NCBI GenBank assembly: GCA_964515185.1 | Contig: CAZESP010000005.1 | Location: 5,787-69,786, forward strand | Direction: 5' to 3' | Source: an uncultured Alcaligenaceae bacterium | Lineage (GTDB): Bacteria > Planctomycetota > Planctomycetia > Gemmatales > Gemmataceae | DNA: 64,000 bases | Shown here: positions 29,999-39,169 of the stretch, one piece after another | Position numbering within the stretch: the stretch's first letter is position 1 | How the letters are laid out: each line of letters begins with the position of its first letter | The notes under the pieces: model-generated | Databases searched by the model: none | Told to the model about the DNA's origin: nothing | What the model saw: only the letters and a program-made list of their open reading frames with translations | Position numbers and translations under genes: made by a program

Positions 29999-30568
29999 AT
30001 GTTCGAACTTTTTCATGACTGGTTGGTGAACGCGGCGTCTTGGTGGCGAATCGGTTTCATGTTTGCGGGGTGCGTGGCCTGCGTCGTCGGTTTCACGTTT
30101 CGCGAACATCTGATTCGGCTCCATGCCGCATGTGACCCCGGCCCATCACCCGATTCCTGGCGGCGATTCTACACGCCAAAGGAGGTTCGAGAATACTTCG
30201 ACAAGATCGGGTCGAACGGCCGCGACCTTTATGCTCGGACGCAGTTGACGCTCGACCTGTTGTTTCCTCTTTTCTATGCGGGCTTTCTCGCCGCGCTCAC
30301 GGCCCGTTTGGGACCGCCGGGTGTGGCTCGCTTCCTGATTTGGCTGCCTGTCGCCGCCGCGTTGATGGACGTCGGCGAAAACGTGATGCTGGCCCATCTC
30401 GCGCGGCGTTACAACGGCGCCGAGTCGGGCCTCGCCACGATGACTGCGGTCTTCACTGTCGCCAAGTGGATCTTGATCGGCGTCGCGTTGATCGGGTTGC
30501 TGATTTGTGGTCTCCGAGCGGGTTGGCACGGCCTACCATGGCTCGTCACTCGGGTTCGCGGAAGCTAG
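29999..30568 (+). CDS. hypothetical integral membrane protein (about 4 TM)
   Basis: Internal ATG 'MFELFHDWLVN'. Hydrophobic helices. Follows the GT2 gene. Confidence 0.5.
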   Translation: MFELFHDWLVNAASWWRIGFMFAGCVACVVGFTFREHLIRLHAACDPGPSPDSWRRFYTPKEVREYFDKIGSNGRDLYARTQLTLDLLFPLFYAGFLAALTARLGPPGVARFLIWLPVAAALMDVGENVMLAHLARRYNGAESGLATMTAVFTVAKWILIGVALIGLLICGLRAGWHGLPWLVTRVRGS

Positions 30569-30833
30569 ACGCTAATTGCCACGAAGTTATTCTTCTGACA
30601 GGCTTCCCGCACATGCGACAGTAGAAGATTGTTAGTTCATCGTTCTCGACCCCCCTAAGTCAAACAGCCTGCGGAGGATTCAGGTGGGTCGCGGCGACGA
30701 CTCGACTATCGCTGAGCCGTCTCGTTATTTGGTATCGCCACCACGAGAAACACGACGAACGGGATTCTGAATCTCACTTGAATGGCGTTTCAGTATTGCC
30801 CCACGTGCGTGCGACAGCCGTGAATGGTTGGGT

Positions 30834-30858
30834 GAGTTACCGAATGAATCGGTAACTC
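30834..30858. terminator. perfect 10-bp stem / 5-nt loop hairpin 18 nt downstream of the flotillin-like gene stop
   Basis: 'gagttaccgaatgaatcggtaactc'. There is no obvious U-tract. Confidence 0.4.
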
Positions 30859-30875
30859 GCCCCGGGTGAAAGTGG

Positions 30876-33152
30876 TTATTTCGCAGCCCCATTCGGGGGT
30901 GGGGTCGTGTCGGCGGCAACGGCGTCTTGCACCGAGGCCATCGCGTCGCGGGAAATCTTGTCGGCGAACTCACTCAAGAGAGCCGTGCCTTCGCCGTCAG
31001 CGGTGTGGAACCCGCTCTTCTCGGCCACTAACAAGTTCACGAGCATAGCCAGCATGCCGGCGGCTGTGCCGTTTTCGTTGCCTTCGCCGTTGCCGCCAGC
31101 CACGAAAACGCGCTCGGGCACCAGCGGTTGGTTGCTCTTGGACAAATGCTCCGCAACCAAGTTCAAGGCATACAGCCGAGGGTCGCCATAAGAGTGGATC
31201 TTTCGCAGTAACACCGCCGCTTCGGAGAGACCAATCTGCATGAGTCGAGCGCCCTCGGAGCGGCCGGCGAGGACTCGCTGTTTGGCGTCGGCTTCGGCCA
31301 AAAGGACCGTTTGCTCGGCGGCCCGTCGTGCTCGTTCCAAGTCGGCCTCGGCGGCCAGCACCCGTTGGCGGTTCTCGGCCTGGGCCGTCACAATCAACTG
31401 CTCGGCTGCTTTGCGAGAACGGGCCAGGTCGGCCTCGCCCTGATTCTCGATAATGCGAATTTGCACGTGCGAGTTGGTCAGGTCGGCTTGCTTGGCGGCC
31501 AAGGCGTTCGCCTCGTTTAGCGCTCGCTGGCGTTCCGCCGCCACCCGTTGTCGTTCGAGCGTCTCCAACTGTTCGATCGACAGTTGCCGCAATCGCAACT
31601 GCTCCAAAAGCGTCTCGATCTTATTATCGGTCGGCAGACCCGCGGGCTTGCCAATCAGGACGTCCACGCACTCGATGTCGAACTCACGGAACTTGCGTCG
31701 CAGCTCGTCGCGAGCCTCTTTCTGAATGGCGTCGCGATCCTGTAACAGTTCGAGCATCGTCTTCTTATGAGCCGTGTCGCGGAAGTAAGCCGACAACATC
31801 GGATCAATTGTTTGAGTGATGAGTTTTTTCACATCGCCGAACCGCTGAATCACGCTCGGCGCCTTTTGGTAGTCGATGTGGACGACGACTGAAAGTGGCA
31901 ACAACGGCTCATACGCGTCTCGGGTCACGAGATCGATGCTCTTCAAACTCTCGTCATATCGATGAGTTTCTGAACGTCCGGTGATCCAGTGGAGGACGAA
32001 GTTCGTGGTCGGCACGAGGACGATGTTGCCGGCATAAGTGTTGAACGGGTACTTACCCGGGCCGAGTGGCCTTTCCCAGACACCGCGTTCGCCTTCGGCC
32101 ACTCGCTCGCCGTGCCGGAAGGCATCGCCGGACAGGTCGCGCCCTTGCCGGCCGTAGTAGCTGACGACCACGCCGACGTAACCGATCGGCACGACGGTCT
32201 TGGGTGTCTGTTCAATCGTGGCGAACCAGCGATTGATGAAATAGGTGCCGTCGGTGATGGGCACATATTGGCGACCGCGCCGGCCGCCGGCTCGCAGAAA
32301 CGCTTCGGGGTCCTGGTAGTTGTTGTGATAGTTCGCGTCGGCGCGATCGGTGCCGACAGGCGGTGCAATAATCTCGCCGGGGGGCAAGGCCGGCCCGTCG
32401 TGGATCGTCACAATTCCAATCGAGTCCACTTGGATCGTCTGTTCGGGGTGCAATGGGTCCGGAAGTTCGATCGGGGCGCCGATCACCACCGGGCTGAAGC
32501 CGTCTTGATCGATCAGCTCCTGCTGCCACGCCAACAGGTTTTGAAGCTCCTGGCCACCCGACATCGGTAGCCGATAGACGCATTTCGCCGTAATGACGAC
32601 GAAGAGCGCCTGGTTGATCGCGTAGACGCCTTCACGCAAGATGGCGCGTTGGCGCCCACGCTGCCCAACGATCACTTCCCCGTTATCGCCGGCAAGGCCG
32701 ACCAAGAAACCTTTCGCGTCTTGAAACTGATTGGAAGGGACAACGCGGGCAAGCGTTTGGCTTGGGGCCAACGCCTCACCGTCGCGGGCATAAACGTAGC
32801 CGATTTGTCCCTGTGGGACAGTGACGAGGTTGAGTTTGTGAATACGGAACTGCCATCGCCAGAGCCCCAAGTGGAAACCACCGCGAAGCAACTCGGCCTG
32901 ATAGCCGGCCTCGCCGTTGACGGCGATGATGCGACCTTCGCCGACTGATCCTTTGGGCGACCAGAGCTTTTCGACGATGCCGACGCGATCGTTGGGGATA
33001 TATCGCAACCCCATCGCTTCGACGACGGCGACCAAGCCGACGATCGCCATCAGTAGCCAGACGAGCGGGTTAGACATCAGATCGGGCAGGGCGAACGAGA
33101 TACCATCCGCAAAGAACGGCAACATGGCCGCACTCCAAATGGGGCGCCTCAC
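30876..33152 (-). CDS. SPFH/band-7 (flotillin-like) domain membrane protein with long coiled-coil region
   Basis: N-terminal TM. An SPFH-like core. An extended 'AEQ..A.AE..Q/R' heptad-rich segment typical of flotillins. 758 aa. Confidence 0.7.
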   Translation of the reverse strand: MRRPIWSAAMLPFFADGISFALPDLMSNPLVWLLMAIVGLVAVVEAMGLRYIPNDRVGIVEKLWSPKGSVGEGRIIAVNGEAGYQAELLRGGFHLGLWRWQFRIHKLNLVTVPQGQIGYVYARDGEALAPSQTLARVVPSNQFQDAKGFLVGLAGDNGEVIVGQRGRQRAILREGVYAINQALFVVITAKCVYRLPMSGGQELQNLLAWQQELIDQDGFSPVVIGAPIELPDPLHPEQTIQVDSIGIVTIHDGPALPPGEIIAPPVGTDRADANYHNNYQDPEAFLRAGGRRGRQYVPITDGTYFINRWFATIEQTPKTVVPIGYVGVVVSYYGRQGRDLSGDAFRHGERVAEGERGVWERPLGPGKYPFNTYAGNIVLVPTTNFVLHWITGRSETHRYDESLKSIDLVTRDAYEPLLPLSVVVHIDYQKAPSVIQRFGDVKKLITQTIDPMLSAYFRDTAHKKTMLELLQDRDAIQKEARDELRRKFREFDIECVDVLIGKPAGLPTDNKIETLLEQLRLRQLSIEQLETLERQRVAAERQRALNEANALAAKQADLTNSHVQIRIIENQGEADLARSRKAAEQLIVTAQAENRQRVLAAEADLERARRAAEQTVLLAEADAKQRVLAGRSEGARLMQIGLSEAAVLLRKIHSYGDPRLYALNLVAEHLSKSNQPLVPERVFVAGGNGEGNENGTAAGMLAMLVNLLVAEKSGFHTADGEGTALLSEFADKISRDAMASVQDAVAADTTPPPNGAAK

Positions 33153-33310
33153 CCTTGGGCGGAAGCCCTCCGCGTATGCCCATACGGGCTGCGGTTTCGG
33201 GCCAAGGCGCCGGTTAGGACATTCTAGTATTCGTATGAGTACGCCGGTTATTCGGAGCTAATTGCGTCGCTCACCCGATCTCCAGCGTTGTCATGGAGTT
33301 ACATTTCACG

Positions 33311-34876
33311 CTATGGAGTGTACTGATGGATGATTTCGCAGAGTCGCCCAATCATCTTGCCTTCGCGCGTGGGGCCGACGCCGGCCGGTAACGGGACATC
33401 GTTGACAAAGATCGTGAAGGCCAACTCGCGCCCGTTTGCCGTGGTCAACGTTCCCGCAAGAGCCTTGCTTCGCAAGAGCGTGCGGCCATTCATCGCGTCG
33501 TTCCAGTACAGCGTTCCGGTTTTCGCTTGGACCTTTCCTTTCGCCGGACTATCAGCGGCAACGACGTCGGCCAGCGTTCCATCGACGCCCAGGACAGGAA
33601 AGCCCGCGTGCCAGACCTTATACTCCGGGTGTTTTTTCATGGCCAGAATCAGCTGCACGGTGGCCCGCGGCGTCGTGGCGTCGGCGTTATTGCCGCCGGC
33701 ACCTCCCCCGAACGAAATTGTCCCGACGGGGACGCCCAACTCTTGCATCAGGCGTCGCTGACCGCGCAGCCCGTCGGCAATCGTCCCCTTGCCATCCTTG
33801 GCGGCGACGAGCAGCGGAATGGTGCTGGCGTAGAGATTATGGCTGACCTTGAGCGTGACCTTGATGGCCTCGGAAAGCGGCGGTGAATCGAACTGGGCGG
33901 CCTTGGTGAGTTTTGCATAGGCGTCCGACGCGGGTAGTTCAGCCGACGGCGAACGCAGAGCGCTGGCGTCCACCGTGACGCCGGCCCGTCGCAATGCCTC
34001 GATGAAGAACGCCCGCGCAAATCGCTTCGGTTCGTCCATCGGCCAGATGCGAACCACGGGTTTTCCTCCCGCCGGCACGCGACCTCGAACGGTGAATCTC
34101 TGATCGCCGGCGTGACTGACTTCGACGAACGGCGCCGCCTTGGCTTCGACGGTTTGCACGTCGATGTCGGCCTGAATCAACGCTGTCGCCGGGCGAAGGC
34201 TGACGGTCGCGGGTTTCCCGGTTTCGGCGGCCGGTGTGATCAACACATCGACGACGTTGTCGTTGACGATAATCGGCGTGAGGAAACTCGGTCCGCTGCC
34301 GCTGCCCGTCGCCGACGGAAACAGTCGATCGTCGATGAGAATATCACCCGTGACTCGCTTGATGCCGGATGCCGCCACTTGCGCCGCCAAGGCCTCGATT
34401 CCTGCCAGGGGGTTGGTGTCGGTGACCGCGTGGGTGGTCGATCGGGCGTCGGCGTACGTGTGGTCGCTATTGGCAAAGGCCATGGTTCCGTCTTTGGTGG
34501 TGCGCCCGCCGAGGGTGAAATCGCCGCTGGCCACCAGAATCAGGTCCCCGCGAAGCGTCCCGCCGGCGCGCTCACCCCGCGCGTAGACCGGTGTGCGGAA
34601 TTGGTGGGAGGCGCCGAAGGTGGCTAACGCCGTCGCGCATGTGTACAGTTTCGTCACCGATGCCGGAGCGAAAAGCTTGTCGGCGTTTTGTTCATAGATC
34701 ACGTTTCCGGATGCCGCATCCACGATCAGAATACCCCATCGTCCTTGGCGATAGTCGCCATGATTGGTCACGGCCTGGATGCGTGCGGCAAGCGACCCTT
34801 GCGCGGCAACGGGTGAAGCGACGGCCAGAAACAACAGCGCGAGCACGCGGACGTTTGGCATGGCAATACCTCGCAA
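33311..34876 (-). CDS. dacB: D-alanyl-D-alanine carboxypeptidase/endopeptidase, PBP4 (peptidase S13) family
   Basis: Signal peptide. 'ASVTKL' SxxK motif. 'SHN'-type and KTG-type motifs ('VSHNLYA', 'AKTGTL'). About 520 aa. Confidence 0.8.
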   Translation of the reverse strand: MRGIAMPNVRVLALLFLAVASPVAAQGSLAARIQAVTNHGDYRQGRWGILIVDAASGNVIYEQNADKLFAPASVTKLYTCATALATFGASHQFRTPVYARGERAGGTLRGDLILVASGDFTLGGRTTKDGTMAFANSDHTYADARSTTHAVTDTNPLAGIEALAAQVAASGIKRVTGDILIDDRLFPSATGSGSGPSFLTPIIVNDNVVDVLITPAAETGKPATVSLRPATALIQADIDVQTVEAKAAPFVEVSHAGDQRFTVRGRVPAGGKPVVRIWPMDEPKRFARAFFIEALRRAGVTVDASALRSPSAELPASDAYAKLTKAAQFDSPPLSEAIKVTLKVSHNLYASTIPLLVAAKDGKGTIADGLRGQRRLMQELGVPVGTISFGGGAGGNNADATTPRATVQLILAMKKHPEYKVWHAGFPVLGVDGTLADVVAADSPAKGKVQAKTGTLYWNDAMNGRTLLRSKALAGTLTTANGRELAFTIFVNDVPLPAGVGPTREGKMIGRLCEIIHQYTP

Positions 34877-34932
34877 CGGAACGGGTGATGGGGCTATTGA
34901 TAGCGGTCACGGCTTCGAAGCCGAGTACAATA

Positions 34933-35757
34933 ATGGGTATCATGTCGAATCGCATCCTACGTCTGGGGTTGTACGACCGCGCGCTAAGCCCGATGGGGGC
35001 CGAGCTGTGGGTCGTCGTTGAAACGGAGCAGGTGACAGACACCACGGAGGTACGCGGGCGTCTGGCCGGCCCTCAGTCGGCCCATGCGGCCACCATTGAA
35101 GTCGCCTATCCGCTTCGACCCTTTCCGAAGCATCCCGACGGCCTGCCGCCGATGACTCGTCGCGTGGTCATTCCCGACCCGGGCCTTTGGTCGCCGCAGA
35201 CGCCGTTTCTCTATCAGGGGACCGTCGAACTCTGGGAAGACGGCCAGATGTGCGATCGCGCGCCCGTTCGCTATGGCGTGCGCGTGGCTCAACTCGCGCG
35301 CGACGGGCTGCGTTGGAACGGCAAACTCATTGATTTGCGAATGGTGGAACGGGTGCTGGCCACGGAGCTGGAATTGCGGCGACTTCACAGCGAAGGCATC
35401 AACGGGTTGCTCATTCCCGCCGAAGCTGATTCGCTCTGGGAAATGGCGGAGCGATTAGGTTTTATCACCCTGGGTCAGCTCGGCGATGCACACGCCGACA
35501 TCGAGCGATGGTCGTCATCGCCCTGTTGCTTGGGTTGGGTCGTGCCGGCCGAGGCTTGTCGCGACTGGCCGGCGTGGCAGGCCCGGGTCGCTCCGGCCAT
35601 TCGGCGCCGGCGCGTCATGGGAATGGTTGGGGACGGTGACATGCCTCCACCGGAAATCGATTTCGTGATCGGCTCCGCAGCCATGGCCCGAGACCGCCGC
35701 CCGTGTCTGCTGCGGCCTGCCAATCCCAGCGATCCGCTGCGTTTCGGCGACGGATGA
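34933..35757 (+). CDS. truncated glycoside hydrolase family 2-like protein (sugar-binding/Ig-like region and start of TIM barrel only)
   Basis: 'VIPDPGLWSPQTPFLYQGTVELWEDGQ...RYGVRVAQLARDGLRWNGKLIDLRMVERV' parallels LacZ 'VENPKLWSAEIPNLY..VEL..DG...GFREV......LLNGKPLLIRGVNRHE'. The ORF ends about 275 aa, so the catalytic TIM barrel cannot be present. The N-terminal ORF extension (34591-34932) overlaps dacB and is discounted. Confidence 0.55.
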   Translation: MGIMSNRILRLGLYDRALSPMGAELWVVVETEQVTDTTEVRGRLAGPQSAHAATIEVAYPLRPFPKHPDGLPPMTRRVVIPDPGLWSPQTPFLYQGTVELWEDGQMCDRAPVRYGVRVAQLARDGLRWNGKLIDLRMVERVLATELELRRLHSEGINGLLIPAEADSLWEMAERLGFITLGQLGDAHADIERWSSSPCCLGWVVPAEACRDWPAWQARVAPAIRRRRVMGMVGDGDMPPPEIDFVIGSAAMARDRRPCLLRPANPSDPLRFGDG

Positions 35758-35787
35758 TCCCTGGGTTGGTCGCGGCGCCGTAAGATA

Positions 35788-38700
35788 TTGACCGATCACT
35801 CCAGGGGAATGGGGCTTGATCGAGGAACCCCGCCTATGACCGCCCCCCACAGGCAGAATCCACCTCAATCCGACACGATCTCGAATCCTCGGGGTTTGTT
35901 GAGTCTTATTCCAACCGATCAGCGCCGCCGTTGGCTCCGAGGCGAACGGGTTACGATCGAAGACTATCTCGATCGGTTTCCGCATTTGCGTGAGTCGCCC
36001 GATATTCTCTTGGATCTCATCTACAGTGAGGCGTGCCTGCGTGAGGAAATGGGCGCGGCCGCGGATTGGAACGACTACTACGCTAGGTTTCCCGGATTGG
36101 CCGATGCCCTGAAGCGCCAGCACGAGGTTCATCGGGCGATGGCCGACGCGACGTTGAAGGATCTCGATCGACTTTGCTCGTTGGCGCCTTCCGCGGACAG
36201 CCAACCGATGCGAGGCGTCGGCGACACGGCTCACGATCTACCCCTCGTGCCGGGTTACGATATTGACTCGGAAGTCGGGCGCGGCGGCATGGGTATCGTG
36301 TACCGCGCTCGCCATCTGAAATTGAATCGCATCGTGGCCTTGAAAATGGTTCGCGGCGGCGCCCATGCCGACGCGGAGCAACTGGTTCGCTTTCTCAAAG
36401 AGGCCGAGGTGCTGGCCCAGATTCAGCACCCCGGCGTCGTGCAGGTGTTCGAGACGGGGACCATTGACGGGCGGCCATATTTGGCGATTGAATTCTGCCC
36501 GGGCGGCAGCCTCGCGCAAAAGTTGCGGGACGCTCCGCTCGGCGCCCGCAACGCCGCAATGCTGGTTCAGGGGTTAGCGCGTGCCATTCAGGTGATTCAC
36601 GACAAGGGGATCATTCACCGCGACCTGAAACCCGCCAACGTCCTCTTCGCCGAAGACGGTACACCGAAGATCACCGACTTCGGATTGGCAAAGGTGGTCG
36701 GGTCGGACATGACAATGACCGGTTCCATCCTCGGCTCGCCGGCGTATATGGCGCCCGAGCAAGCCGACGAAAAATGCCAGGACATCGATGGCCGCGTGGA
36801 TCTGTATTCGTTAGGAGTGATTCTGTACGAATGCCTGACCGGCCGGCCGCCGTTTCGCGGAGCGACGATTCTCGAGACGCTCGATCAAGTGCGCCATCAG
36901 ACGCCGGTTGCTCCTTCACGACTGACGCCGAAGGTGCCTCGCAATCTCGAGACAATCTGCTTGAAATGCTTGCAAAAGTCGCCTCGAAAGCGATACGATT
37001 CGGCAAAAGACCTCAGCGATGATCTTGGGCGTTTCTTGGGCGGAGAGCCGATCCGAGCGCGGCCGGTGGGCAGCATCGAACGCGCCTGGCGTTGGTGCCG
37101 TCGCAAGCCGTTGGCCGCCACATTGCTCGTAGCGCTGGCGATTGTTCTCACCGGTTCGATGGTGGGGCTGACGCTCATGTGGCAACAAGCCACGACGGGT
37201 TGGCGGCACGCGGTCGCTAACGAGGCCCAGGCTCGCGCGCAAAAGCACCTGGCCGACGATCAACGGGCCGAAGCCGAGGCTGCCGCCGATAAAGCGAACC
37301 GGCTTTCCGAAATTCTCATCGGCATGTTTGAAGCCAATGACCCGTTGGGCGTGAGCGGATCGGGAGCCTACTCCGTCGGTGCCGGCAGTGACCTGAAAGC
37401 CCAAGAGTTGCTCGAACGTGGTGCGGCCAAGCTCGCTCGGACCGAGTTGCCGCCACTGACACGCGCGCTGATTCAGGATCGCATCGGCACCGTCTTCATC
37501 AGTCTCGGCCGGCTCGATGAGGCGGCGCCGTTGTTGTTATCGGCTCTTCGTATCCGCCAGGAACAGCATGGACCGCTACATCAGGAAGTGGCCGACAGCT
37601 TGCATCAAATGGGGCGACTCGAACATCTCAGCGGAGACTATGCCCGGGCGGAGCATTATTATCGAGCCGCCCTCGATATGCGTTGGAAACTTGGCTCGGA
37701 TGAACTGGATTCCGACCCGACCGAGTTCAGCCTCGCCTGGACGATTGCCGAGGATCTGCGCGTCGATGAAGCTGAGAAGCTGTTTCGGACGGTTCTCGAT
37801 CGACGCATTCGCTTACGGGGCCCCGATCACCGCGACGTTGCGGTGGTGCGATTAGCTGTGGCCGCGGTTCTCCTCGAAAAACGGCACTATGTGGCGGCGC
37901 TCGAACAAGCACGCCTCGCACGCGACATCGTCGCCCGCAACCCCGACGCGGGACCCATCGTTCAAGCCACCGGCCTGTTTCAGGAAGCCGTCGTCGCAAG
38001 TTTCTTGCTCAAACGGCCCGCGGAAGCCGAACGCAAGTTGGCTGAATGCCTCAGTGTTGCTCGAAAGGCTCTTGGTGATCGGCATATCTATCTCGTCCCC
38101 ATCTACATTCAGTTGGCGATTTCTAACGTGCAGCTCAAACATTGGGACGACGCAGAGAAGAATTACCGAGCGGCCTTCGACATCATCCGCTCGACGGGAA
38201 GCCCCAGTCACCCGCAGCTGGGGCGTTTTCTCGAAGGGTATGGCTCTGTCCTCATCAAGAACGGCAAGCTCACGGAGGTGGATCGGCTTTGGGAAGAGTT
38301 TGTCCGAGCCACCCAGAAGCGCTTCGGGCAAAAACATCGCGCCACTGCCGACGCCCTGACGCGATATGCCGACTACTTATTCCAGCGCGGCCGTCGCGAC
38401 GATGAAGCGAATACCCTGCTCAAGGCGGTGGATGCCTTTCGAGCGGACCCCGAGCCGCAACGCCGGCCTCTCTACCTTTTTTGCTTGCGTGACCTGTCGT
38501 CGAGTCACATGAATCGAAATCGCCCCGAAGCCGCGGTCCCGTTGCTGCGCGAGGCCGTCGCGATTGCCCAGGCGCGTCACGGTTCCAACGACATGGTCAC
38601 GGGGGAAATGCAAACTCAACTGGCGACCGCCTTGCTCGACCTCGGCCGGTTCGATCAGGAAGTCGAGGAACTGCTCTCAGCCGCGAAAAAATCATTACCA

Positions 38701-39054
38701 TCACCTTCGCTGATTGGTTCTGGTTCGCCCATGATCCCGGATGTGTATCACAACCTATCGCGACTTCACCGCCTGCGAAAGGAACCCCAACCGGCAGCGG
38801 CCGCTGCGAGACGTTTCCGTTCGTTAGCCAGTCAACCCGGAGAGTTCGTCACGGCGGCTCGCGATCTCGCGTTGACAGCAAAGCTCCTTGGCGATGGCAG
38901 CGACGACCGGCGAGCGTTGCTCGATGATGCCATGCGCGCACTCAACCAGGCAAAGGCAAAGGGCCACCGCAATCTGGCTGCGCTTCGCGATGACACCGAC
39001 TTCGCATTGCTTCGTGATCGCCCGGAGTTTCTCAAGCTCGTGGGCGGCAAGTGA
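35788..39054 (+). CDS. serine/threonine protein kinase with TM segment and C-terminal TPR repeats
   Basis: N-terminal planctomycete-kinase-type helical domain. 'HRDLKPANVLF', 'DFG', 'APE'. TM 'LAATLLVALAIVLTGSMVGL'. TPR-like repeats. Start could be at any of M1, M8 or M17. Confidence 0.85.
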   Translation: MTDHSRGMGLDRGTPPMTAPHRQNPPQSDTISNPRGLLSLIPTDQRRRWLRGERVTIEDYLDRFPHLRESPDILLDLIYSEACLREEMGAAADWNDYYARFPGLADALKRQHEVHRAMADATLKDLDRLCSLAPSADSQPMRGVGDTAHDLPLVPGYDIDSEVGRGGMGIVYRARHLKLNRIVALKMVRGGAHADAEQLVRFLKEAEVLAQIQHPGVVQVFETGTIDGRPYLAIEFCPGGSLAQKLRDAPLGARNAAMLVQGLARAIQVIHDKGIIHRDLKPANVLFAEDGTPKITDFGLAKVVGSDMTMTGSILGSPAYMAPEQADEKCQDIDGRVDLYSLGVILYECLTGRPPFRGATILETLDQVRHQTPVAPSRLTPKVPRNLETICLKCLQKSPRKRYDSAKDLSDDLGRFLGGEPIRARPVGSIERAWRWCRRKPLAATLLVALAIVLTGSMVGLTLMWQQATTGWRHAVANEAQARAQKHLADDQRAEAEAAADKANRLSEILIGMFEANDPLGVSGSGAYSVGAGSDLKAQELLERGAAKLARTELPPLTRALIQDRIGTVFISLGRLDEAAPLLLSALRIRQEQHGPLHQEVADSLHQMGRLEHLSGDYARAEHYYRAALDMRWKLGSDELDSDPTEFSLAWTIAEDLRVDEAEKLFRTVLDRRIRLRGPDHRDVAVVRLAVAAVLLEKRHYVAALEQARLARDIVARNPDAGPIVQATGLFQEAVVASFLLKRPAEAERKLAECLSVARKALGDRHIYLVPIYIQLAISNVQLKHWDDAEKNYRAAFDIIRSTGSPSHPQLGRFLEGYGSVLIKNGKLTEVDRLWEEFVRATQKRFGQKHRATADALTRYADYLFQRGRRDDEANTLLKAVDAFRADPEPQRRPLYLFCLRDLSSSHMNRNRPEAAVPLLREAVAIAQARHGSNDMVTGEMQTQLATALLDLGRFDQEVEELLSAAKKSLPSPSLIGSGSPMIPDVYHNLSRLHRLRKEPQPAAAAARRFRSLASQPGEFVTAARDLALTAKLLGDGSDDRRALLDDAMRALNQAKAKGHRNLAALRDDTDFALLRDRPEFLKLVGGK

Positions 39055-39169
39055 CACTGCCGCGATATTTGAACGATTCTCTGAGCGACCCGCGATTGTC
39101 ACGTTCCGCGAACGAGTCGTGGAAAACCCCGTTGGTAACCACGGTGCGAACCGGTCGTGCGATAACCTC

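Noticed and set aside
34591-34932. N-terminal 114 codons of ORF 34591..35757
   Set aside because: It overlaps the dacB N-terminus on the opposite strand. The GH2-like similarity begins only after the ATG at 34933.
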